The notes beneath the pieces are model-generated. The model searched no databases. It was not told where the DNA came from and saw only the letters and a list, made by a program, of their open reading frames with translations. Below are positions 16,578-22,967 of a stretch of DNA of 41,166 nucleotides, piece by piece. Both the position numbers and the translations under genes were made by a program. Source of the stretch: a virus; the IMG/VR virus record IMGVR_UViG_3300037882_000312, one strand, 5' to 3'. Every line of letters starts with the position of its first letter. Position 1 is the stretch's first letter.

Positions 16578-17070
16578 TCCGAGCCATGTCCAGTTTATCG
16601 GATGGTTATCCATCCCATATCGAGTCGTCAATGGCGTTGCAGGTTTCAAGTTCAGAAGGATCGATGAACTTCCGGGGCCTAGATACATGGCACCAATGCA
16701 CCAACCAGCAAGATTGTTCAACGCAGTTGATCTACAAAAGCCTTCGGATACCATTGCAATTTGCGAGGGAGAGTTGGATGCAGTCATTGCTAGTCAACTC
16801 TTGCCTTCAGTTGGAGTGCCGGGTGTTAAAGCTTGGCGACCACACTTCAATAGATTATTTGGTGGCTATCGAAGAGTCCTTATCTTGGCAGACAATGATG
16901 ACAAGAAAGATGGATCTAATCCGGGGATGGAGTTGGCCGAGAAAGTTTTACAAGAAGTTGAACACGCAGAATTGATACCACTTCCACTCGGAAGTGATGT
17001 AAACTCTATAGTATTAGATGAGGGTTTAGATGGGCTACGAAGGAGACTGGGAATAGATGAGCGAGTATGA
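16372..17070 (+). CDS. DnaG-type primase, linker plus Toprim part. The true N-terminal boundary is uncertain.
   Basis: INEETVSYLKGRGFSQELASEHLLGSVP is the typical primase post-zinc-finger segment. ICEGELDAVIAS and LILADNDDKKDGSNPG are Toprim motifs. The informative sequence starts near 16470. In-frame TTG codons occur at 16447 and 16459. Confidence 0.7.
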   Translation: MEMHIHYSCGKKGWTFVLLSIERLTLLNELATTYHKKINEETVSYLKGRGFSQELASEHLLGSVPVDCDPSHVQFIGWLSIPYRVVNGVAGFKFRRIDELPGPRYMAPMHQPARLFNAVDLQKPSDTIAICEGELDAVIASQLLPSVGVPGVKAWRPHFNRLFGGYRRVLILADNDDKKDGSNPGMELAEKVLQEVEHAELIPLPLGSDVNSIVLDEGLDGLRRRLGIDERV

Positions 17071-17497
17071 GTACGGAATCAATAGATCCAATGACGATGC
17101 AGAGTTTGAAAGACTTACTGGAAAGCTTCGGCCTAAGAGTCCTAAGCCTAAGTATAAACCCGGATCTGCCTTTGGCCCTCGAGATAGTAGTTCAACTACC
17201 GCCGACCCAGCGATGAACAAGTTCGTTGCTGACTCGTGGGATATTATCGATGAGCTTGGCAACCTACTTATCAGTAAGCAAAGAGACTACGGCCCGGGCA
17301 ATATCAACAATGCATACGGTGGCCCTATCAATGGGTTGATGGTTCGTATGGGTGATAAGTTCGAACGACTAAAGAATCTACTTGCATCCGGTGAGAAGCC
17401 ACAGCATGAATCCATTGAGGATTCTTTCAAGGATCTTGCTAACTATTGCATCATTGCCATGATGGTTACTCGTGGAAAGTGGCCAGAGAACAAGTGA
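17057..17497 (+). CDS. All-alpha MazG-like/DUF1599-like protein (146 aa).
   Basis: ISKQRDYGPGNINNAYGGPINGLMVRMGDKFERLKNLL matches the K..DYG....G..G...R..DK..R signature of DUF1599, the nucleotide-modification-associated domain. Confidence 0.55.
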   Translation: MSEYEYGINRSNDDAEFERLTGKLRPKSPKPKYKPGSAFGPRDSSSTTADPAMNKFVADSWDIIDELGNLLISKQRDYGPGNINNAYGGPINGLMVRMGDKFERLKNLLASGEKPQHESIEDSFKDLANYCIIAMMVTRGKWPENK

Positions 17498-17595
17498 AGA
17501 AATTTTTTTTAATTGCAACTCTTGTAATTACATTGGTGTTCTTCGTTGCTAAGTTTGTAATGGATGCCATCATCGAGCTAGAAGATGAGGACTGA
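17494..17595 (+). CDS. Tiny single-TM protein (33 aa). It is not in the supplied ORF track.
   Basis: A GTG start overlaps the upstream TGA, and the stop overlaps the next ATG. Hand translation gives VKKFFLIATLVITLVFFVAKFVMDAIIELEDED. Confidence 0.4.
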   Translation: MKKFFLIATLVITLVFFVAKFVMDAIIELEDED

Positions 17596-18236
17596 TGCAA
17601 GAGAAAGATCGTGCTGAAGATCACCTCGAGGATCTCGTGCATATATCCGCAGCACACATCCATCGCAGGTTTGCTGGCTATGTAGATAAAGAAGATTTAA
17701 TTCAAGAGCTTCGAGTCTATGTTCTTAAGCGACCTCACTTAGCCAAGATGTTGGATGAGGCTTACGAAGTAAGCAAGGATGAAACTAAGTGGGTAGCAAG
17801 GCGGATCATGGCACGATTCCGCAGGACAGTTGAGAAGTATGCAAGAAAAGAGAAGGCCGCAAAGCTGGGCTATTCAACCGGCGATGAGTTCTTCTACGAC
17901 ACGATAACGATAGCCAAGATGTTGCCAGTTGCATTTGAGTTTGATTCATACGGTGCAGTAATGGTTGATAAGGTAGACGATGGCACCCCACGAAAGCCAT
18001 CAGTTCCAAGTGAGGGTGGCAATATCTTGGCTGTAGTAATTGATATTAGATCTGCAATAGATCTGCTAGAGGCAGATGAGCAGGTGATGTTACGCAATAG
18101 GTATTCCAATAGCCCAATGACTTTGTCTGAGATCGCAGAAGAGATGGGCATAAGTGATTCAACAGTAGATAGAAAGATTCAAGGCTCACTAAGAAAGATC
18201 ATCGATCACTTAGGAGGGCCAACGCCTTGGGTCTAA
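17595..18236 (+). CDS. Sigma-70-family (ECF-like) sigma factor (213 aa).
   Basis: The C-terminal region-4 HTH is VMLRNRYSNSPMTLSEIAEEMGISDSTVDRKIQGSLRKI. An N-terminal region-2-like segment contains EDLIQELRVYVLK. Confidence 0.7.
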   Translation: MQEKDRAEDHLEDLVHISAAHIHRRFAGYVDKEDLIQELRVYVLKRPHLAKMLDEAYEVSKDETKWVARRIMARFRRTVEKYARKEKAAKLGYSTGDEFFYDTITIAKMLPVAFEFDSYGAVMVDKVDDGTPRKPSVPSEGGNILAVVIDIRSAIDLLEADEQVMLRNRYSNSPMTLSEIAEEMGISDSTVDRKIQGSLRKIIDHLGGPTPWV

Positions 18237-18703
18237 AGATAGTTCTTGAGAGATACGAAGTTGTTCTCGCTGCTAACACAGCGATTGAACGCTATGTATC
18301 TACGATGAAGAACCAACAGATGCGTGGACTACAGGACATGGATGCATGGCAGAGAATCCTTCTTGATGTTGATGGTTGCGGTGCTGAGATAGCAGTAGCT
18401 AAGTATCTTGGTGTCTACTGGGGCGGTGCCTTTGGTCAAGGTGGTGTAGATATTGAACCGAACATCGATGTTAAATATACAAAGCATGAGCAGGGTAGAT
18501 TGCTTGTTAGACCTGATGCTAAAGATGATGTGAAATTCGTATTGGTTAGAGGTGGTATGCCTAACTACGAGTTGATTGGTTGGATCATGGGTGCAGAAGC
18601 AAAGAACCCGGAGTGGTTGGATAAACCTGACTGGCGTAGGCCAGAAATCTATTGCGTACCAGAGGAGGGTCTAAGAAAATTCAGAGGGAGTTACAATAAC
18701 TAA
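18227..18703 (+). CDS. Hypothetical protein (158 aa), possibly with a PD-(D/E)XK-like fold.
   Basis: GCGAEIAVAKYLG ... DIEPNIDVKYTKH ... LLVRPD suggests an E...D...(D/E)xK arrangement. This is weak. The start is TTG. Confidence 0.45.
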   Translation: MGLKIVLERYEVVLAANTAIERYVSTMKNQQMRGLQDMDAWQRILLDVDGCGAEIAVAKYLGVYWGGAFGQGGVDIEPNIDVKYTKHEQGRLLVRPDAKDDVKFVLVRGGMPNYELIGWIMGAEAKNPEWLDKPDWRRPEIYCVPEEGLRKFRGSYNN

Positions 18704-18885
18704 TGGCTACATACGAATACAGTTGCAGTAAGTGTGGGATCAGCGTTGAGATTGAACGCAAGATGACGGAAGAAGAAGCTGCACCTAAATGTGATTGCGG
18801 TTTGATGATGTCTCGAGTATGGACAGCAACGCCTACAGTATTCAAGGCTGGTGGTTTCTACTCGGTAGATAATCCAAGAGGATAA
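18703..18885 (+). CDS. FmdB-family zinc-ribbon protein (60 aa).
   Basis: MATYEYSCSKCGISVEIERKM...PKCDCG matches the M.tYEY.C..CG..fe.......CP.CG signature. Confidence 0.7.
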   Translation: MATYEYSCSKCGISVEIERKMTEEEAAPKCDCGLMMSRVWTATPTVFKAGGFYSVDNPRG

Positions 18886-18890
18886 AAAGA

Positions 18891-18928
18891 CTAAGCCCCT
18901 CACGGCCTACAGTCCGGAGGGGTCTTAG
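18891..18928. terminator. Long bulged hairpin between convergent transcription units. It is followed by a T-run on the minus-strand transcript.
   Basis: ctaagcccctcacgg-cctacagt-ccggaggggtcttag, and the complement of 18881-18890 reads tctttttatc. A second perfect 7-bp hairpin, aatgccg-ctgt-cggcatt, lies at 18941-18958. Confidence 0.7.
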
Positions 18929-18964
18929 TGGTATCAGTTTAATGCCGCTGTCGGCATTGTCAAG

Positions 18965-19372
18965 TTACTTGCCGTAGTCTTCCTTTAGGAATTTGCCACA
19001 GTAAGGCCAAGGCTTAGAGCCTCGATCAACATAGATGTGAAGAGCTACATAGAACTGTTCGAGCAAGGTGGAATCCTTCGGTTGCTTGCCGCTGCTGCCA
19101 CCATGTGCAACCCAAGTCCTTGGATACTCGATCTGGAATGCCCCCTGAAACTGTTTGCGTTTGCCGCTGACGGCGTTGAGACGACCAGATGATTCACACA
19201 TAGCCAATTTCTGCCACGAAACCGGCAGTTGATCCAAAGATAAGTCCGGAATCTCTACAACTTTTGGAACTACCTCTTTAGGTTTTATCTCGAGGTGAAT
19301 CGGGGCGTTTGGGGTCAGCGTAATCGCCAACCCCAAAGCCACCAATCCGATTATGAATCGGTGATGCATCAT
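18965..19372 (-). CDS. rpf: Rpf-type (resuscitation-promoting-factor-like) transglycosylase with an N-terminal signal/anchor (135 aa).
   Basis: The start moves to ATGATG at 19372, with aaggag directly upstream. The TM segment is HHRFIIGLVALGLAITL. VSWQKLAMCESSGRLNAV...FQGAFQIEYPRTWVAHGG...LEQFYVALHIYVDRGSKPWPYCG matches W..LA.CES.G...GG.QF...W...GG...Q..A....G..WP.CG. Confidence 0.8.
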   Translation of the reverse strand: MMHHRFIIGLVALGLAITLTPNAPIHLEIKPKEVVPKVVEIPDLSLDQLPVSWQKLAMCESSGRLNAVSGKRKQFQGAFQIEYPRTWVAHGGSSGKQPKDSTLLEQFYVALHIYVDRGSKPWPYCGKFLKEDYGK

Positions 19373-19493
19373 TTCTCCTTCCACATCAGGGCTGTAACCA
19401 GCCCGAGCATAGGTATTACCATGAGTAGTGGTTGCCCCTCGGCTATCCCAACAGGGAGAGTAAAGAACAACAGAATGAATAAGAGGAATCCAA

Positions 19494-19967
19494 TCATAGG
19501 CTAACCTCTTCACCAAAGTCCTCGATTGACCACCATTCTTCACCCGAGAATCCAGCTCGAGCCTCGGAATCTTGAAGCCAATAGAACACTTTATCGTCAT
19601 GCGGTAGTTCAGATGTTTCTCCATTGAATCCATAAGGAATAACTCCAAGGGTTGTAGTTATCTGCCTCTTACTCTTGTCCTCTTGGTCTGTAATCTCCAG
19701 AGTTGCAGAGTAATAAAGCGGATTCATAAGAGCCTCAGAAATTACAGGGTTAGTTGTCTCGAAATCATTCATAATTCTTAGCGAATTACCAAGCCTTCTC
19801 GACATAACATCTTCTAACTCCATAAGAACAGGGCTACTAGATCCGATTGACTCAAAGTTGCCGTTGATTTCAACAGTTCCATCAAGCCGATTAGATTCTT
19901 GGTCTGTATCCCACTCCCAAGTCTTAGTCTCGGTGTCGTAGGTGATGATGAAAGAATGGCGAGTCAT
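19494..19967 (-). CDS. Hypothetical acidic protein (157 aa).
   Basis: Long ORF. The start overlaps the upstream stop (ATGA). Confidence 0.6.
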   Translation of the reverse strand: MTRHSFIITYDTETKTWEWDTDQESNRLDGTVEINGNFESIGSSSPVLMELEDVMSRRLGNSLRIMNDFETTNPVISEALMNPLYYSATLEITDQEDKSKRQITTTLGVIPYGFNGETSELPHDDKVFYWLQDSEARAGFSGEEWWSIEDFGEEVSL

Positions 19968-20206
19968 AACTCCACCTCGCTAGTGACAGGGAATCCATTG
20001 ACCTCAACGATAACTAAGTCATCACTTATGACTTCATTTATCTGCTTGCTATCTATCGTGCAAGCCTCGACAAACCAGTCGCTATCGTTACGAATCCAAT
20101 CGCTTGCCTCTTCCACAGTCTTGAACTCTTTCATTGTGTAAGTGGCGTGTTCATTCATCAGGTTTCCCTTGATGTCTCGGACTTCATACTTCACATGAAT
20201 AGGCAT
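19964..20206 (-). CDS. Hypothetical protein (80 aa).
   Basis: Translationally coupled at both ends, with a gaggtggag SD upstream. Confidence 0.6.
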   Translation of the reverse strand: MPIHVKYEVRDIKGNLMNEHATYTMKEFKTVEEASDWIRNDSDWFVEACTIDSKQINEVISDDLVIVEVNGFPVTSEVEL

Positions 20207-20589
20207 TACTCCACCTCGAGTTTCTTTACTGTGCCAGTCTCATCTTCTTCGAGACCGGTATAGATAAGAATCTGTCCGTCATTATCTCTTTCGAAAGTAG
20301 CACTAGGTATTAGTTCCAATACCTTGGTGCATAGCCAATCGAAACTCTTCTCGTTCTCTTCGCATTTTTCTTGGCATACATCAAAGAGAGAATCTAAATC
20401 ATCAGCCCAATCGGGTTGAGAAATCTTCTTCTCTTCAGAGTTATACCACTCGTCATGCAATCCATACTCGCCAATGAATCCGACCCAGTAATAAGTGTCG
20501 CCTTCATGCTCGAGAGTCATGCGGTATTTGGTTTCAATAGAAAAGTTATCAGCCTCGATAACCTTTATGTCGCTGTCTTTTATTTGCAT
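20206..20589 (-). CDS. Hypothetical acidic protein (127 aa), first gene of a leftward sub-operon.
   Basis: Long ORF preceded by the conserved 20-nt leader motif at 20598-20617. Confidence 0.6.
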   Translation of the reverse strand: MQIKDSDIKVIEADNFSIETKYRMTLEHEGDTYYWVGFIGEYGLHDEWYNSEEKKISQPDWADDLDSLFDVCQEKCEENEKSFDWLCTKVLELIPSATFERDNDGQILIYTGLEEDETGTVKKLEVE

Positions 20590-20597
20590 TTCTCTTT

Positions 20598-20617
20598 CTT
20601 TCTGTAGGTTGGTTGGT
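20598..20617 (-). promoter_or_regulatory. Conserved 20-nt leader element, copy A. The mRNA sense reads ACCAACCAACCTACAGAAAG.
   Basis: ctttctgtaggttggttggt is identical to 21741-21760. It lies 8 nt upstream of the ATG at 20589 and downstream of the hairpin at 20640-20663. Confidence 0.6.
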
Positions 20618-20639
20618 ATCCAAGACGAATACCCGAAGA

Positions 20640-20663
20640 GGCAGGGAGAGAATTCCCCCTGCC
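20640..20663 (-). terminator. Hairpin after the 20674..20841 gene.
   Basis: ggcaggg-agagaattcc-ccctgcc forms a perfect 7-bp stem. The downstream sequence is only moderately T-rich. Confidence 0.45.
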
Positions 20664-20673
20664 CTATCGGCTA

Positions 20674-20841
20674 CTAATCTTTCAGCTTGGTAAGGTCAAT
20701 CATGTGAGTCGCTGTCTTGCTTTCTTCAGCGTTAGCCCTATCGGTAATCCACCACTCAAGCCCTTCGAGTCTCTTGGCGAGGTCATGGTTTGCCAATGGA
20801 TCACTAGAATAAATCACGACCCAAGTCTTATGAACAGTCAT
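20674..20841 (-). CDS. Small hypothetical protein (55 aa). It is not in the supplied ORF track.
   Basis: Hand translation gives MTVHKTWVVIYSSDPLANHDLAKRLEGLEWWITDRANAEESKTATHMIDLTKLKD. The start overlaps the upstream stop (ATGA), and gaggggg lies upstream. Confidence 0.55.
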   Translation of the reverse strand: MTVHKTWVVIYSSDPLANHDLAKRLEGLEWWITDRANAEESKTATHMIDLTKLKD

Positions 20842-20930
20842 TCAATCACCCCCTCTCGGCACTTATTGCAATCACAATTCGCCACACAAATCGGGCAGTC
20901 GGTAGTGCAGTCTCCTGCATGAATAGTCAT
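20838..20930 (-). CDS. Cys-rich microprotein (30 aa, 6 Cys).
   Basis: Hand translation gives MTIHAGDCTTDCPICVANCDCNKCREGVIE. A gaggtg SD lies upstream and the stop overlaps the next start. Confidence 0.5.
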   Translation of the reverse strand: MTIHAGDCTTDCPICVANCDCNKCREGVIE

Positions 20931-20939
20931 AGCCACGCT

Positions 20940-21050
20940 TTACACCTCGCAGTCATGACCATAAGCCCACTCTTGCGAGTCGGTATCGTCTAGTAAATCA
21001 AAGACCCGAGAACACTCGGGGCATCTCGCCTTAGTCGGAATCGTAGGCAT
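20940..21050 (-). CDS. Small zinc-ribbon-like protein (36 aa).
   Basis: Hand translation gives MPTIPTKARCPECSRVFDLLDDTDSQEWAYGHDCEV. The C.eC...fDL.....EW.yGHDCE pattern recalls a small actinophage family. The start shares one nt with the upstream stop. Confidence 0.55.
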   Translation of the reverse strand: MPTIPTKARCPECSRVFDLLDDTDSQEWAYGHDCEV

Positions 21051-21196
21051 TACTTATCCCCCTCGCTGTCGCCTTCACCGCTTGACCGCTTTTGGCAGTC
21101 GCATTTGCAGCACTCGCAACCGCAGTCATTCGAGTATTCACCGCAGGTTTTGCATAGCCAGTTCGAGCATTTGCAATCATCACACATTACGGGCAT
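21050..21196 (-). CDS. Metallothionein-like Cys-rich microprotein (48 aa, 11 Cys).
   Basis: Hand translation gives MPVMCDDCKCSNWLCKTCGEYSNDCGCECCKCDCQKRSSGEGDSEGDK. A gaggggcggtg SD lies upstream. Confidence 0.55.
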   Translation of the reverse strand: MPVMCDDCKCSNWLCKTCGEYSNDCGCECCKCDCQKRSSGEGDSEGDK

Positions 21197-21202
21197 GAAG
21201 AA

Positions 21203-21370
21203 TCACCGCCCCTCTTCTGGAAAGTAGCACTCGATAGAACTCTTGAAGCAGTAGCGGTCTCCGACCCAGTTCAGGTGGTCGAGACCCCACATAATTAGCC
21301 CGAGCAAAAGCAGGGCATTTATTGCAAGCGATACGGCGAGGACTATCTCGCCTCTCTTATTGAGTTTCAT
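21203..21370 (-). CDS. Small single-TM protein (55 aa).
   Basis: Hand translation gives MKLNKRGEIVLAVSLAINALLLLGLIMWGLDHLNWVGDRYCFKSSIECYFPEEGR. The start overlaps the upstream stop. Confidence 0.55.
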   Translation of the reverse strand: MKLNKRGEIVLAVSLAINALLLLGLIMWGLDHLNWVGDRYCFKSSIECYFPEEGR

Positions 21371-21729
21371 TAGGCGGATTCCTTACCCTCGACAGTATCC
21401 TGCCAAGTCTTATTGCCCCAGTCAGGGTGAGACCTAAAGCAAGAGCCATAGTAGGCAACATCTCCGAGGTCATCACAAAAAACATTTTCGAGCTGAGCCT
21501 TGATAGTTGCCTTACCGCTACGAGTAAAGATTCTCCTTACTGTATAGAGGTCATTCCAAGCGAGGTCAATCGTTAGCGAGTAGCCATTAGAAATCGGGAG
21601 AGTGATACCAGTTTCACGCTGTAGCACTCGCCCACCGCTAATCGCTAGGAGATTATTTCTGCCGAGTTGCCGGACAATTTCGCCGCAATCAACTGGGCGG
21701 AATTCACTTTCTTTATTCTGTTGATCCAT
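21370..21729 (-). CDS. Conserved actinophage-type hypothetical protein (119 aa).
   Basis: Long ORF preceded by leader-motif copy B. The ISGGR ... DLYTVRR pattern resembles a family of unknown function that I recall from actinophages. Confidence 0.6.
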   Translation of the reverse strand: MDQQNKESEFRPVDCGEIVRQLGRNNLLAISGGRVLQRETGITLPISNGYSLTIDLAWNDLYTVRRIFTRSGKATIKAQLENVFCDDLGDVAYYGSCFRSHPDWGNKTWQDTVEGKESA

Positions 21730-21740
21730 TTACTTATTCT

Positions 21741-21760
21741 CTTTCTGTAGGTTGGTTGGT
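21741..21760 (-). promoter_or_regulatory. Conserved 20-nt leader element, copy B.
   Basis: It is identical to 20598-20617 and lies 11 nt upstream of the ATG at 21729. A partial copy, ttctgtaggt, sits at 22457-22466 upstream of the ATG at 22443. Confidence 0.6.
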
Positions 21761-21797
21761 TATGCCTCGGGGATTCGATTCCCTTAGACATAAAGCA

Positions 21798-21823
21798 AGG
21801 GCGAGACTCGAAAGCCTCGCCCT
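21798..21823 (-). terminator. Hairpin upstream (in minus-strand sense) of leader-motif copy B.
   Basis: agggcgag-actcgaaagc-ctcgccct forms an 8-bp stem. On the minus strand it is followed by ttgctttatgtc. Confidence 0.5.
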
Positions 21824-21833
21824 CACTTTATTA

Positions 21834-21953
21834 CTAAGCGACTATCGCCTCGATACCTGCTCGGCTATACGCCCTCACTAGGGCATTGAGTCGAGTCTTG
21901 GAAAGTGGGGCGAATACCAACACCTCCCGAGTCTCAGAATCGAGGAGAGTCAT
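21834..21953 (-). CDS. Possible small protein (39 aa).
   Basis: Hand translation gives MTLLDSETREVLVFAPLSKTRLNALVRAYSRAGIEAIVA. It fills the gap between the 21961 stop and the hairpin, but there is no clear SD. Confidence 0.3.
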   Translation of the reverse strand: MTLLDSETREVLVFAPLSKTRLNALVRAYSRAGIEAIVA

Positions 21954-21960
21954 AAAGGGT

Positions 21961-22443
21961 TTATCGGCTCGCATTGACTAGCACCTCCTCGAGGTCTTTC
22001 AGACCTGCCTCGACTTTATGGTGCAACTCATTACGCATAGAAGCGAAAGAGGCAGGAGGCCAACCTGCACCGAATACTCGGCGGAGAAGCAAGGCGAGAG
22101 AGTGTCCATTCACTAACTCGAGAGCCTTATCGAGTGCCTTATTCGCCTCGGCTACCTGCCCCAACTCATAAAGATAAGCCCCTCGAATCGCCTCGAGTGC
22201 TGCCGAATCTTGCCCGAGTAATCCGAGGGCGGTAATAAAGGCGAGAGAATCCTCGCTATCTAAGGTGATACCTATTGCACCGAGTGCATAGTCTCGAATC
22301 TGCACACTCTCGGCGATTCCAAGAGTGGCGGTCTTGATTGCAACCTCCTCGAGCATTCTCGAATCTTGGAAAGAATCCAAGAGTGAATCGAGTGCATTCT
22401 TAGCCTCGAGGTGAGTAGGTAAATCGGTCTTGATGTCTTTCAT
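21961..22443 (-). CDS. Hypothetical helical-repeat protein (160 aa), first gene of the leftward unit.
   Basis: Long ORF adjacent to the divergent control region. It is Ala/Leu-rich and looks helical and TPR-like. I recognised no catalytic motif. Confidence 0.6.
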   Translation of the reverse strand: MKDIKTDLPTHLEAKNALDSLLDSFQDSRMLEEVAIKTATLGIAESVQIRDYALGAIGITLDSEDSLAFITALGLLGQDSAALEAIRGAYLYELGQVAEANKALDKALELVNGHSLALLLRRVFGAGWPPASFASMRNELHHKVEAGLKDLEEVLVNASR

Positions 22444-22610
22444 AGTAATTGCCTCATTCTGTAGGTAATGAATCGAGAGAGAGATTCCCTCGAGGTCTCA
22501 ATTATGAGGTTTCAGCTCGAAAGAATCAAGCACCTATTAGATCGTGTTGCCGGTAATTGACCCCCTCGAAAGTAAGCGAATTACAAGGGTTTCAGAGATA
22601 CCAGAGAATC

Positions 22611-22657
22611 AAGACCCGAGACCCAAGGCAAGACCCAAGACCCCAAGACCCCAAGCC
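22611..22657. repeat. Degenerate tandem array of AAGACCC(C) units, about 6 copies.
   Basis: The sequence reads aagacccg agaccc aagg c aagaccc aagacccc aagacccc aagccc. It is followed by the complementary core GGTCT repeated at 22663, 22673, 22696 and 22749. Confidence 0.8.
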
Positions 22658-22967
22658 CTCGAGGTCTGCCAAGGTCTGCCCGATTCCCTGCCCTAGGTCT
22701 TAGGCGATTGCTAACAAGGGCAAGACTAAATCGTGCCTAGTCTCGGGCGGTCTGCCCTGCCTCGAGTCTGTCCGACACGCCGTAAATCTTGGTTTACATA
22801 ATGTTAGTTATCGGCTTAGGGGGGTCAGACACGCAGGGGAGACAAATTGACCCGAGTGCTTATAACGGCTGGGGCCCCTGTATATATGTACCCAGAAAAA
22901 TATTTTTGATAGGATCTCGAGCTGTAAAATAGGCTCTGACCAGCACTTTTACACACAATGGATAAAA

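Noticed and set aside
16574-16975. A 133-aa ORF in the third frame inside the primase Toprim region, and an 86-aa antisense ORF (16527..16787).
   Set aside because: They overlap a frame with clear Toprim motifs. They have no recognisable motifs or start context of their own.
22611-22760. A CRISPR array or simple satellite as an explanation for the AAGACCC and GGTCTGCC repeats.
   Set aside because: The units are only 7-8 nt and lack unique spacers of 25-40 nt, and there are no cas genes. The layout fits protein-binding iterons or operators rather than CRISPR.
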